Assembly: GCA_025677605.1 (NCBI GenBank)
Contig: GCA_025677605.1_4110.1
DNA: 64,000 bases
Source of the DNA: a phage
Strand: one strand, 5' to 3'
Shown here: piece after piece, positions 49,505-59,039 of the stretch
Position numbering within the stretch: the stretch's first letter is position 1
Layout of the letters: each line of letters starts with the position of its first letter
Notes under the pieces: generated by a model
What the model saw: only the letters and a program-made list of their open reading frames with translations
Database searches by the model: none
What the model was told of the DNA's origin: nothing
Translations under genes and position numbers: made by a program

Positions 49505-49904
49505 TTAAACGTAATGACCCTCGTATTGTCTCTGGATAACTGTCTAATAGATCGATTAGCCTATTAAACGCATGAGTACTGATGAATGGATGTTTCTTCG
49601 CGAGTTCGATGCGTTTCTCAAAATCCATTAATGTAATCTCGGTTCTATTGAAACTACCTTTACGTCTGTACGTTAGTAAACGCTCTTTGTGTCCATTAAG
49701 CTGGAAATCAAAATATGTTGTTGCAGTATAATCACTATCATCACTGATAGGCTTTGAAATATCCAGATTATACGTAGATCCAAATGCGAAAAAGAAACCA
49801 CCATCTTCCAATGGGATATCTTTATCGCTTAGATTGAAATCTGTTTCATCACCTAGTATATCAAATATCTTTCTACTTAATTTTAGAAACTCATCTTCTA
49901 ACAT
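49494..49904 (-). CDS. hypothetical protein (136 aa)
   Basis: ORF in track. Confidence 0.4.
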   Translation of the reverse strand: MLEDEFLKLSRKIFDILGDETDFNLSDKDIPLEDGGFFFAFGSTYNLDISKPISDDSDYTATTYFDFQLNGHKERLLTYRRKGSFNRTEITLMDFEKRIELAKKHPFISTHAFNRLIDLLDSYPETIRGSLRLNAD

Positions 49905-49906
49905 AG

Positions 49907-50128
49907 TTATTCCTCGTTTTCATTTGGAATACAATATACAAATACTAAATGCTTAAAGTGATCAGTACTGGAATATAATGCCAATTCATGTAATGGGAAA
50001 TTGGTATCTTTAAATTTACCATTTTCGTATATAGTTATTTGTAACGAATGTTTTGGCTCAAAAATATAATAGTACATTATTGATTCACCAAACAGTACAG
50101 TATGGTGCTGATATCGTTCAATTTTCAT
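49907..50128 (-). CDS. hypothetical protein (about 73 aa)
   Basis: Track ORF trimmed to ATG at 50128, which overlaps the deaminase stop (ATGA). Confidence 0.4.
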   Translation of the reverse strand: MKIERYQHHTVLFGESIMYYYIFEPKHSLQITIYENGKFKDTNFPLHELALYSSTDHFKHLVFVYCIPNENEE

Positions 50129-50493
50129 GTATGGATAATCTCTTTTACCCCGTACTCCTGAATTGCTAATGTACAAATCTCACAAGGTTTTGCTGAAACT
50201 GGAATTCCATCTTTACTTACACGAGCGATAAGAAGAGTATGTACTTCAGCACGAGCAGCAAGAAGACACGAAATTTCAGCGTGTAAAAATTCCCCTTGAG
50301 GGCGACCAGCACGAATTGCAAAGCCTTTCTGCTTAGGGTGAGTCTGTGTGTAAGAGTTGGTACGAGTAGCCAGTACTCGACCTTTCTTATCCAGTGCACG
50401 AGCAATTACTCTATACCGTTTGTAATTGCCAACTTGTTCAATCGGCGGCATCTCACGGAGTTCTTCTACCAGTTTAAGCAATTTCGGGTTCAT
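50125..50493 (-). CDS. zinc-dependent nucleoside/nucleotide deaminase (CDA fold, TadA/dCMP-deaminase-like)
   Basis: HAE…PCxxC zinc-binding signature (HAEISCL … PCEICTLAI); 122 aa; ATGA overlaps on both sides. Confidence 0.6.
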   Translation of the reverse strand: MNPKLLKLVEELREMPPIEQVGNYKRYRVIARALDKKGRVLATRTNSYTQTHPKQKGFAIRAGRPQGEFLHAEISCLLAARAEVHTLLIARVSKDGIPVSAKPCEICTLAIQEYGVKEIIHT

Positions 50494-51107
50494 ATGTTGT
50501 AGTCTATGCCTTTTCTAAGTGATTCCTCAAGCACCCATAGTTTACATTCCTCGGATTGTAAATGTTTGTTTGCCTCTTCTTGTTCTTCTATTGTACAAGT
50601 TTTGAGGAATTCTTTCAAGGCTTTTATTGTACCTTTAATGTTTTCAATATCACCTGGAATATAATCAAGTTCAATTTCAGATAATTTTGAGTTCTCCCAT
50701 GTGTTACGAAGTTCTGCTGGTTGGAACATTGATGAAGGAAAAGCACTTTTCGTCACTACACGCTGATGTACAGCATCATACTTAGCTTCCGCTTCTTCTT
50801 GTGTGTAATCACCGTACTTTTCTAGGATCTTGGTGTATAAATTATCAATTGCTTCTTCATATGTATCACCACCACAATCCAACTCGTACTCATGTCCACG
50901 AACGAACTTCCCTTCGTCTTCATCGAAAAACGGAGTTAGCATTTCGATCCAGTACTGTGTTTTTGTATTCAGTGCCGGATAATCTTCAATACGATTGGTG
51001 ATAGGACATACATCGTGTGGCTCAACATCAATGCGAGCATCAACGTAGTCTTTATTGATAAATTCAGGGTGTCCCAAAATCCACCAGTACTTTTGTGATG
51101 TTGTCAT
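50490..51107 (-). CDS. hypothetical protein (205 aa)
   Basis: ORF in track. Confidence 0.4.
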   Translation of the reverse strand: MTTSQKYWWILGHPEFINKDYVDARIDVEPHDVCPITNRIEDYPALNTKTQYWIEMLTPFFDEDEGKFVRGHEYELDCGGDTYEEAIDNLYTKILEKYGDYTQEEAEAKYDAVHQRVVTKSAFPSSMFQPAELRNTWENSKLSEIELDYIPGDIENIKGTIKALKEFLKTCTIEEQEEANKHLQSEECKLWVLEESLRKGIDYNI

Positions 51108-51114
51108 GATATCC

Positions 51115-51474
51115 TCAAATGTAACGTTTCTTTTTATAATCGTACCCTATTGCTTTGTAAAAGTCAAATAACGAAGCATGTTCAAACGTAGGTAATAGAT
51201 CATATGGGTGCTGATAGTTTGCAATGCCAACAATTTTAAGCATTGATACCGCAGTTCTTGCATTCTCTTCATCCCATTCGTCTAAACGCCAAAGGGAACA
51301 AAGTACTGCTCGTTCATGTTGCTTACCGAGAAAGAATTCAGCTTCACGGTCACGGAATGCACCTACGCTGATAGTACTTTTGTACCAGTCTTTCTCACCA
51401 TAAGCTGGTAGACGAATGATGTGCTTTTCTTCAGCTTTACCAAAACGATGTAGGAATGCAACATAATCACTCAT
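51115..51474 (-). CDS. hypothetical protein (119 aa)
   Basis: ORF in track. Confidence 0.4.
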   Translation of the reverse strand: MSDYVAFLHRFGKAEEKHIIRLPAYGEKDWYKSTISVGAFRDREAEFFLGKQHERAVLCSLWRLDEWDEENARTAVSMLKIVGIANYQHPYDLLPTFEHASLFDFYKAIGYDYKKKRYI

Positions 51475-51496
51475 AGTTTATATCCCATTACGTCTT

Positions 51497-51730
51497 TCAT
51501 TGAGCATCCTTTGGGACTGTTGTTAAGCGTTTGCGGTTAACAATTTTGCGACACATAAGATTTAGATCCTGTCCGTGACGCATCTCATGACAGGCATAGA
51601 GTGTGCCATTATGATTCAGTTTAGTTAAGTCCTTACGGATCATTTCTGCATCCATCTCGTTAACTTTAGGTGCACAGCCTACGAGTAAGGTTGCCCCAGC
51701 AACTAAACAAGAAATGATAATCTTTTTCAT
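51497..51730 (-). CDS. small lipoprotein (77 aa)
   Basis: Signal peptide with lipobox LVGC. Confidence 0.45.
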   Translation of the reverse strand: MKKIIISCLVAGATLLVGCAPKVNEMDAEMIRKDLTKLNHNGTLYACHEMRHGQDLNLMCRKIVNRKRLTTVPKDAQ

Positions 51731-51733
51731 GAA

Positions 51734-51919
51734 TTAATCCTCTTTGCAAATGTATTGTAATTTTGTTTCACCATTAATGACATACATCTGATTACTTTCT
51801 AGTAAACAGTTATCTGGTGCTTCTTCAAACACTGAATAGTATTGTGTACTGTATTTAAAGTCCATTAGTGAACAAGATGATATTAACATTAATACTAATA
51901 CATATGCAAGTCTTTTCAT
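51734..51919 (-). CDS. small lipoprotein (61 aa)
   Basis: Signal peptide with lipobox ISSC. Confidence 0.4.
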   Translation of the reverse strand: MKRLAYVLVLMLISSCSLMDFKYSTQYYSVFEEAPDNCLLESNQMYVINGETKLQYICKED

Positions 51920-51937
51920 GATTATTTTCCAATGTTT

Positions 51938-52588
51938 TTAAGTTTTGGTCTTAGCTAATGCAATCTGGATTCGTGTAATGAACTCACGCTCAATTTCATC
52001 GGCATTTGTACCTTGGTATTGCGTCTTGAATAGTTCCATAGCTTTAAGTGCCATTTGTACTGAAATGTCAGCAATGCTCTCAGTACTGGAATTGTCAAAT
52101 ACACATTTGAGGCTTAGTTCACCGTCACTTACATCATCTACTAAAATTGGCGTTTTGTTCTGTTCATCAATGTAACGCAACGCTTTGAACTCTGCTTTGG
52201 TTAGATTTTCATACCAACGTGGATGGTTGAACAAATCATACATTGTAACTTTCGCTGATTCCATGAGAAGCAATAGCTCTTCATTTCTGCGAATATGTTT
52301 TTCTTCACCTTTGTGATTTTTGTAAGCATATGCACAACGCATAATGGCTAAACGAACTTCACCTGCTTTGGTGATAGTATATGAATGTGTTGCATTATCA
52401 TAATCACTTTCCCATTGCTGTCCAGCGTATTCATACCAAAGAACATTAGTTTCCCATTTCAGGAAATCAAATTCCAATAAATTATCAATCAACTTAGCCA
52501 TATGACCAACGTATTCTCGGCTAATAATATTGAAAGAACCGTTATGTTTAGCGTGATACAGAATCTTTTCTTGAGTTACATTTTTCAT
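51938..52588 (-). CDS. hypothetical protein (216 aa)
   Basis: ORF in track. Confidence 0.4.
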   Translation of the reverse strand: MKNVTQEKILYHAKHNGSFNIISREYVGHMAKLIDNLLEFDFLKWETNVLWYEYAGQQWESDYDNATHSYTITKAGEVRLAIMRCAYAYKNHKGEEKHIRRNEELLLLMESAKVTMYDLFNHPRWYENLTKAEFKALRYIDEQNKTPILVDDVSDGELSLKCVFDNSSTESIADISVQMALKAMELFKTQYQGTNADEIEREFITRIQIALAKTKT

Positions 52589-52917
52589 TACATGTAATCC
52601 TTGATATATTTTAGAAGTTTAGATTTCTCTTCAGTACTTAATGATTTCTTGTTCATTAAATGTTTCATTTCTTGACGTTCAATTTCTTCGCGACGTTGTG
52701 ATTCTAACTGCAAACGGATATTGTATTCTTCATCCGTTTCTTCTCGTGTCCAAATTACATTGTATCCATCGAAACCGCCGTAACCACCGTCTGGTGAAAG
52801 ACTAATGTGTCCCTTGTACTCTGCACGGTACTTATTAAGAGTGTCAATCAATGTATCAATACAACACTGTTCAATTTCAATATAGCCAATAACTACATCA
52901 ACATCAACTTTGCTCAT
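52588..52917 (-). CDS. hypothetical protein (about 109 aa)
   Basis: Track ORF trimmed to ATG at 52917 to remove the overlap with the upstream gene. Confidence 0.4.
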   Translation of the reverse strand: MSKVDVDVVIGYIEIEQCCIDTLIDTLNKYRAEYKGHISLSPDGGYGGFDGYNVIWTREETDEEYNIRLQLESQRREEIERQEMKHLMNKKSLSTEEKSKLLKYIKDYM

Positions 52918-52945
52918 AACGTTTAACCTATAAAAATAGGGAGCA

Positions 52946-53503
52946 TTAGCTCCCTTTGTATTGTTTTTTACGCTTAGTACTGTATTTCCAGCCAGTACTG
53001 TGTCTTGTTCTAAAATCGTCCCAATATGTCGGTAGTGAACGCATCTTGCGTTTTCCACGAATATCAGGTTCACCATCATCCTTCAGTACTACACACGCCA
53101 TACGACGCTCTTGTTGGGTCTTAGGACGTTTGTAGCGAGAATGGTTATGCTTGTACATGTAAGAGCGTTTGTGTCGCCATTCGGTGTCACGGGCCTTACG
53201 TTTATGTTCCCAGTACTCATTATAGAGAACCATGTATTCACCCATAAGTAAATCAGGCGATACTAATAAACCTTTTTCAGTACAGAGATAATAACCGACA
53301 AACTTTTCAGGATACATTTCGTAATAGAAACGATTTTTCCAGAATGATTCACGATTCTTCTTGTTGAACTCGGATAAATCAAATTTCATTTTGCTGTGAA
53401 ATAGTTCAACCCCTTCGTGGTCAGCAATATATTGTAGAAGATTATCAACAATCTCTACTTTTCCAGAATCATGGTACAACGTAAATGTTTGGTCAAAGAA
53501 CAT
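52946..53503 (-). CDS. hypothetical basic protein (185 aa)
   Basis: ORF in track; K/R-rich C-terminal third. Confidence 0.4.
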   Translation of the reverse strand: MFFDQTFTLYHDSGKVEIVDNLLQYIADHEGVELFHSKMKFDLSEFNKKNRESFWKNRFYYEMYPEKFVGYYLCTEKGLLVSPDLLMGEYMVLYNEYWEHKRKARDTEWRHKRSYMYKHNHSRYKRPKTQQERRMACVVLKDDGEPDIRGKRKMRSLPTYWDDFRTRHSTGWKYSTKRKKQYKGS

Positions 53504-53566
53504 ATTATTTTCTCCATTAAGTTAAAGTTCCTTAATGGAAAGTCATGCGACCTCTGAAAGTATCTT

Positions 53567-54313
53567 TCATACATCCTCCTTGGGGTATAATTTTCTAAAT
53601 TCAGTCATCAGTTTGTTACGAATCGGTTTCGCATAATCAATAACAGCTTGTGCTTTTACATGATAATCACCATATGTTTCATCATATATCTTATAGATGT
53701 TGTCGCGAATGTTCAGCATTTCAAGCACATCAAACTCTTGTTTCATTGACGCAATATTCATTTCATGTTCAGTATTGGATCTGTACAGATTGTAATAATG
53801 CGTAATGATATAGATGAAGTGAATGCTATGCCAGATGTTCTTCAGTCCTAACATCTTATCGTAATCTTCCAGTACTGTCAACTTCTTTTTTCCTTTATTA
53901 AAGGCTTTATCTGATGCAGTACTGCAAATTTTACGAATCTCACTGTTACGGCGTGTCATCATAACCGAACCGATATGACCAAGGTACATCAAAAGATGAT
54001 TTGCACATTTCGGTACAATAGTACCAAAACCGATGGTATAGTATTTAACATCACCACGCATTAATTCGACACGAAGATGATTGAGAGTCATACATTCAAT
54101 ATTGACAGGTATATCAATACAATCTAATTTTACAGAGAACTCACCTTCTTCAAACTCTTCTGGTACTATATTAATAACATCAATATCATTTGGTAATTTG
54201 TCATCATACTTATACAAACAAAAAGTATTCCACGAACCATAGATAAATGGGCATTTATAACCAATTTTGATTAGTTCGGTGATGATTGCTTCGGTTTGTT
54301 TTTCAAGATCCAT
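53567..54313 (-). CDS. hypothetical protein with possible nucleotidyltransferase-like motif (248 aa)
   Basis: N-terminal FIYGSWNTF…DIDV resembles the G[SG]…DxD NTase pattern (weak); GGTGG RBS before ATG at 54313. Confidence 0.4.
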   Translation of the reverse strand: MDLEKQTEAIITELIKIGYKCPFIYGSWNTFCLYKYDDKLPNDIDVINIVPEEFEEGEFSVKLDCIDIPVNIECMTLNHLRVELMRGDVKYYTIGFGTIVPKCANHLLMYLGHIGSVMMTRRNSEIRKICSTASDKAFNKGKKKLTVLEDYDKMLGLKNIWHSIHFIYIITHYYNLYRSNTEHEMNIASMKQEFDVLEMLNIRDNIYKIYDETYGDYHVKAQAVIDYAKPIRNKLMTEFRKLYPKEDV

Positions 54314-54326
54314 AGTTTACCACCAA

Positions 54327-54354
54327 TAAAAAATCCCTGCCAATTGACAGGGAT
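54327..54354 (-). terminator. rho-independent terminator
   Basis: Perfect 7-bp stem ATCCCTG/CAGGGAT with 8-nt loop, followed on the minus strand by UUUUUUAUUGG. Confidence 0.5.
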
Positions 54355-54457
54355 GAAAAACTTACTGAAATAACACATGGAGTTCTTTTTAAATTCATAA
54401 AAAGTATTATTATTCTTATGAAAGTATTTATTAAGAACTCCAAAAAAACGCGTTAAA

Positions 54458-54646
54458 TCAAAAACCTTTTTGTGCAACCAGTTCACGATATTGTGCACGT
54501 GTTAGTACACCTTGCTTACGTAGAGACTGAAGCCCACTTAAAGTTTCAGCTTTACGTAGCTCATAAGTGCGTTGTTCTTTGGATTGAATAACTTTCACTT
54601 TTTTAACTTTAACTTCTGGTTCTTTTTTCTTAGGTTGTTTAGCCAT
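54458..54646 (-). CDS. small basic protein, possible nucleic-acid binding (62 aa)
   Basis: K/R-rich N-terminus (MAKQPKKKEPEVKVKKVKV); RBS GAAGGAAG before ATG at 54646. Confidence 0.45.
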   Translation of the reverse strand: MAKQPKKKEPEVKVKKVKVIQSKEQRTYELRKAETLSGLQSLRKQGVLTRAQYRELVAQKGF

Positions 54647-54714
54647 GATTTACTTCCTTCTTCGATAATGGTGTGTTCATTATAGCAATGAACACATTTA
54701 ATGTCAATAATAGA

Positions 54715-56154
54715 TTACATATTTTCTTCTGCAAACTCTGCAAGTGCAGAACGTACAACACCTTCCAATTCAATGATACGACACCCTTCCCAATCTTTGA
54801 ATTTTTCAGTTACATATGTCAAACCACTATTAACTGGACTAATAAACTTACTATCAATCTGTGCTAAGTTACCCATAATGATAACCTTACAGTTTTGACC
54901 TGCACGGGTAAGAATAGTTTTTGCCTGTGCAGGGGTGATGTTCTGGAATTCATCAACAATTAGAATTGTATTAGTAAAAGAACGACCACGAATAAAGTTC
55001 AATGCTTTAAACTGCATTACGTTACGTTTGAGAATCTCTTCAATGCTACCTTGTGGGTTAGCATCATCTTTGTGTAGATACTCTAGAGCATCGATTGCAG
55101 CCCCACAGAATGGGATGACCTTTTCAGCTTCAGAACCGGGTAAGAAACCAATTTCTTCAAATTGTGAATCTTGTGTTTTGGAGAAGATGATACGATCGTA
55201 TTTACGCTTCTCTAGTACTAATTCGAGTGAAGTAGCAACAGTAATCAATGTTTTACCAGTACCTGCTGAACCAAGTAGTACTGTCAAATGTACATCAGGG
55301 TCAAGAATACTGTTAATTGCTAGTGCCTGTTGAATATTCTTTGCTTTAATATCCCAAACTTTAGCACGAAGAGCGATACTTTGACCAATATCCTGGAATA
55401 CCAAAATATCTTCAGGTGTTAGTGAACCGTCTTCTTCTTCGATAGCAGATTGACCTTCGTATACGAATAGTACATCAGCATTATCATATAGATAATCACC
55501 AATACATAGATTATCTGGAAGAACATCTTGAATCAATGCGGTTGGAATATAGTGATATAGACGGCGACCTTCTTGTTGGGATTTAATTTCAGCATTGTTA
55601 ACTTCACTGAATGTTTTCCAGAAATCAATATCAAGGTGGTGCTGCCCAATATGAATCAACTCACTATCTTCGATTGCAACGTCATGACGGTAATCTTGTA
55701 CCTCAACACCGTAGCTCATTGCTTTGATACGCATGTTAATGTCGCGAGTTACCAGTACTGATTGTGATGCCAAAGCCACTAGAATGATTTTGTCATCTGG
55801 TACAGTACTTTTAAGTAGAGTTTCTACTTTATCTTCACTGCCGCCCATACGAATAAGTGCTTCAGCTTCTTCATTCGTCATAACGAATAGCTTACTGGAT
55901 GCATCCATATTTTTGTGGATATTGGCAATATTAACACCAGTACTGCTGATTTCTTCATGAGTAGCATCTTTCAAAATTGCATCGATGTTACGGATTGCGA
56001 AACGTGCATCACGTGATACGTCAACATTACGGCTCTTGATTGAATCAAGTTCTTCAAGAACAGTGAATGGTAGAATCACTGCTGCCCCATCAAATGCTAC
56101 GGTTGCATTTGGATCGGATAGTAGTACGTTTGTGTCAATTGTGTATTTTTTCAT
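54715..56154 (-). CDS. phoH: PhoH-like ATPase with N-terminal PIN domain (PhoH2-type)
   Basis: N-terminal PIN-like segment (YTIDTNVLLSDPNA…), Walker A GSAGTGKT, Walker B ILIVDEFQN; ATG at 56154 with AAGGA RBS (the track start at 56178 is GTG). Confidence 0.8.
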   Translation of the reverse strand: MKKYTIDTNVLLSDPNATVAFDGAAVILPFTVLEELDSIKSRNVDVSRDARFAIRNIDAILKDATHEEISSTGVNIANIHKNMDASSKLFVMTNEEAEALIRMGGSEDKVETLLKSTVPDDKIILVALASQSVLVTRDINMRIKAMSYGVEVQDYRHDVAIEDSELIHIGQHHLDIDFWKTFSEVNNAEIKSQQEGRRLYHYIPTALIQDVLPDNLCIGDYLYDNADVLFVYEGQSAIEEEDGSLTPEDILVFQDIGQSIALRAKVWDIKAKNIQQALAINSILDPDVHLTVLLGSAGTGKTLITVATSLELVLEKRKYDRIIFSKTQDSQFEEIGFLPGSEAEKVIPFCGAAIDALEYLHKDDANPQGSIEEILKRNVMQFKALNFIRGRSFTNTILIVDEFQNITPAQAKTILTRAGQNCKVIIMGNLAQIDSKFISPVNSGLTYVTEKFKDWEGCRIIELEGVVRSALAEFAEENM

Positions 56155-56218
56155 AAAACATCCTTGAGTTATGAGCACATCCTTGTGCTCTACGGTAGAT
56201 TATAGACTCAGACACTTC

Positions 56219-56518
56219 TTATTGTGGCTCATAGTCAACGTAGCAGCGGTGACCGCGAGCCTTTTCTGTCCAGCATTCATTGTAAACAATTTGCCCAACT
56301 GAAACTGGTTTCCTTGATGCTCCATACTTAATAGACCCATCTTCAGTCTTATAAGTAAATGAACATGTATTTTCTTCACACTGCCCTATGTCAGTAACAA
56401 CAGCAGTACGGTAGTATATATCTCTGTGTTTGGTTTGATCTTGATGATAAAAGAACCAAAACCCAATAAGAAATATAATACTTGTGATTATAAAGCTTTG
56501 TATATGATGTTTTGTCAA
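56219..56518 (-). CDS. small membrane protein (99 aa)
   Basis: N-terminal TM helix (FIITSIIFLIGFWFFY), Cys-rich C-terminal part. Confidence 0.4.
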   Translation of the reverse strand: MTKHHIQSFIITSIIFLIGFWFFYHQDQTKHRDIYYRTAVVTDIGQCEENTCSFTYKTEDGSIKYGASRKPVSVGQIVYNECWTEKARGHRCYVDYEPQ

Positions 56519-56847
56519 TTGTCCCCTCTCAAAAATCTAAAACCATTCTGTAAGTACGTGTCAATGTTGACCTTCCCTACAGGATTACTGCTATGGATGA
56601 TATAATCGAATTCAGTACTGATATTGTTTTCGACCATATAATCAATTAGAAATTTTGCAAATGAATACCCTGTCTTTTCATCCTCCCCAACATCACCTAA
56701 GTCATGATCGAAGCTAATAAATTGTGGTAAACCATGTTCATTTACATAAGCACATGCACTTTCATAATCACGACATAAAACCATGTTTTGATTTGGATAA
56801 TACTTTTCAGGATCACGAATATCATCCAGAAACATTGAGTAAGACAT
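56515..56847 (-). CDS. hypothetical protein with FLDDIRDP and FDHDLGD motifs (110 aa)
   Basis: ORF in track; co-transcribed immediately downstream of the NUDIX-like and SIR2 genes. Confidence 0.4.
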   Translation of the reverse strand: MSYSMFLDDIRDPEKYYPNQNMVLCRDYESACAYVNEHGLPQFISFDHDLGDVGEDEKTGYSFAKFLIDYMVENNISTEFDYIIHSSNPVGKVNIDTYLQNGFRFLRGDN

Positions 56848-56858
56848 TATAATTCACC

Positions 56859-57407
56859 TTATAAGTAACTAATCAGTAAATTCTCGGATTGAACAAGATG
56901 TTCTAATTCCATTTTAGCAGTTCCTATGAAGTTTTGTGTCATAAGATTATTATATCCTGCTTCTCGGTTTTGTCCCTTTGAATAACGAGAAATGTGACAT
57001 AAATTAACACCAGCCACTTCTGCACTTGCATGTTTAGCAGTACTGTATCCATCGCGAATCGCTTTCAATTCTTCGTAAGTAACTTCATAACTATAGCTAT
57101 GGGTATGTGCTCCTAGATATAGTTCGTAAGTTTTCAATGGTTTCAATTGTTCGATGAAAATATTATAATTCATCTCTTCCTGAATTTCACGGAATAGTGC
57201 ATCTTCTAAGGTGGCATCGGTATCTTCGACTGTTCCACCACAACCACCCAGTAAACCATCCCAACGAAGCTGGAGTAATACCAGATTCACAACAGGGATA
57301 TCATTTAATTCATAACCTTTATATGGGTTACAATTTCGAGCAAAGAAGTAACAGAATACAAAGTTTGCTCGTTTACCATACTCACCTAGAGGTACTTCTC
57401 GAATCAT
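56859..57407 (-). CDS. NUDIX-like hydrolase (degenerate Nudix box)
   Basis: Segment GGCGGTVEDTDATLEDALFREIQEEM contains the REUxEE core with non-canonical spacing and no trailing Gly; ATG overlaps the SIR2 stop (ATGA). Confidence 0.5.
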   Translation of the reverse strand: MIREVPLGEYGKRANFVFCYFFARNCNPYKGYELNDIPVVNLVLLQLRWDGLLGGCGGTVEDTDATLEDALFREIQEEMNYNIFIEQLKPLKTYELYLGAHTHSYSYEVTYEELKAIRDGYSTAKHASAEVAGVNLCHISRYSKGQNREAGYNNLMTQNFIGTAKMELEHLVQSENLLISYL

Positions 57408-58156
57408 TTCATTCTATCCTTAATGATAGTTTCCAGTACTGGAATCGCTTTTGTAGCTGGTTTTATAATTTTTTCATTGAACATGAAATCGTTATCATTT
57501 TTTCTGATGTTGATATTAATACTAAAGCATGGCAAACAAGCAACCAGATGTGACCATTTCAGTACTGTGTCACTGCTACCAATGACTACAACTGTATCAT
57601 CTTCTGTTAAGGATTGCAATACTAAATTACGCTCATCGTATATTGGGAGTTTTTCACCATCAACATAACGATAATATTCACCAATGAACACTACGTTTGG
57701 TTTCGCAAAGACACCTTCTTTCGGAATGTACGGTTCATAACCACAATCCACAATACTATAATCGTCACCACCAATTGTAAAATTCTCAATAACTTCTTTT
57801 AAATTACCATGTAACTTTAATTCATTGCCACCAATACGAGTATAGAGATCATCCATATTCGAAGTCATATGTAAAAAGTTATCACCGTATGTATCTTCTA
57901 GAGATTTGATATAATAATGCATATCATTAGGAACACAATCTTTCATTTTAACACGTAATGTGTTATAGAAAGTATGCACTAAATGGTACTTAGTACTAAG
58001 ACGTGCAATGTTACATACATCATTTATTTGAAATTGATCCCATAGGCCATCGTCCATGCGAAACGGTTCCATCCCACTTTCAACGGATAGACCTGCACCG
58101 GAAATAACCAATACACGTTTATTACCTTTATTTTTTATAAAAGAGTCAGAAATCAT
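57404..58156 (-). CDS. SIR2-family (sirtuin-like) NAD-dependent protein
   Basis: Sirtuin catalytic motifs in order: GAGLSVESGMEPFR, TSNMDDL (NID-like), LHG (catalytic His), GSSDTV; no zinc-ribbon cysteines seen; 250 aa. Confidence 0.7.
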   Translation of the reverse strand: MISDSFIKNKGNKRVLVISGAGLSVESGMEPFRMDDGLWDQFQINDVCNIARLSTKYHLVHTFYNTLRVKMKDCVPNDMHYYIKSLEDTYGDNFLHMTSNMDDLYTRIGGNELKLHGNLKEVIENFTIGGDDYSIVDCGYEPYIPKEGVFAKPNVVFIGEYYRYVDGEKLPIYDERNLVLQSLTEDDTVVVIGSSDTVLKWSHLVACLPCFSININIRKNDNDFMFNEKIIKPATKAIPVLETIIKDRMK

Positions 58157-58365
58157 AGCTTACCTACTGTACCTAATGAACTCAAATCGTATACAAATAA
58201 GATACACACAACCGAGATGACAATGTGATATATCATCCATCCATTGAATTTCTCTTTGTTTTTGATAATTTTATATATACATTTAATATTATTGTACGCT
58301 ACAACTGCTAGAAATACAACAACAAAATAAACAAAGCATAGTGAAAAGTAATTGATAGTTATCAT
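58153..58365 (-). CDS. small membrane protein (70 aa)
   Basis: Two predicted TM helices; ATGA overlap with the SIR2 start. Confidence 0.4.
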   Translation of the reverse strand: MITINYFSLCFVYFVVVFLAVVAYNNIKCIYKIIKNKEKFNGWMIYHIVISVVCILFVYDLSSLGTVGKL

Positions 58366-58425
58366 AGTTATAATACTCTCCTTATTAAATTAATATAGGG
58401 GATTATAAGAATCCCCTTTTTTGTA

Positions 58426-59028
58426 TTACAGCTTAGGATAGCTTAGTAAATCATACTCAGCACTAACGCTGGTAACATTATCACTTACAATTTTGAAGAT
58501 AGAATCGGTGCGATCAACCATCTTAACACCTGTTTCTTTTTGAACTTCAATATATGCTTGCATAGCTGCAATTGCATGATATGTACCACTACCAACAGAT
58601 GTAATTTGTGTCTTAGGTTGGAGTACTGAAAAATCCTCTTGAACTTCATAAATTGTATGATTATGAAGAATAATAAACTGTCCACCACCAACGTCTTGAG
58701 TTGTATCACGAGCACCCCATTCTTCTTTAAATAGTGTGCGAATACGTGGGATTACCTCAAGTACTAAGTACTGTGAGAATGTTTGGTTTGATTGCTGTTC
58801 AGGTAAATCAAGTTTATACGTCAGCAATTGTCCCATGCGGAAGCTCGACGTGTATCCCATTGCCATAACTTCTTTGGTGCGATTCAATCCACTTTCATCG
58901 ATTTTGATGAATTCTTTTTCAAACACTTTTGGTTCAGTTTGAATTGCTTTAGTGAAACCATTACTACCCAGTTTGTCACCCGCGATAAAAGATGTGTTAC
59001 CATCAGTGTAAGCAATAATACAAGTCAT
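58426..59028 (-). CDS. Ntn-hydrolase, proteasome beta/HslV-like peptidase
   Basis: Thr at position 2 (MTCIIAYTDGNTSFIAGDK) and later SVGSGTYHAIAAMQA follow the HslV/proteasome-beta pattern; GGAG RBS. Confidence 0.5.
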   Translation of the reverse strand: MTCIIAYTDGNTSFIAGDKLGSNGFTKAIQTEPKVFEKEFIKIDESGLNRTKEVMAMGYTSSFRMGQLLTYKLDLPEQQSNQTFSQYLVLEVIPRIRTLFKEEWGARDTTQDVGGGQFIILHNHTIYEVQEDFSVLQPKTQITSVGSGTYHAIAAMQAYIEVQKETGVKMVDRTDSIFKIVSDNVTSVSAEYDLLSYPKL

Positions 59029-59039
59029 TGATATCTCCG

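Noticed and set aside
54271-54498. 75-aa minus-strand ORF from the track
   Set aside because: It overlaps both neighbouring genes by about 40 nt and covers a terminator hairpin (54327-54354); more likely intergenic.
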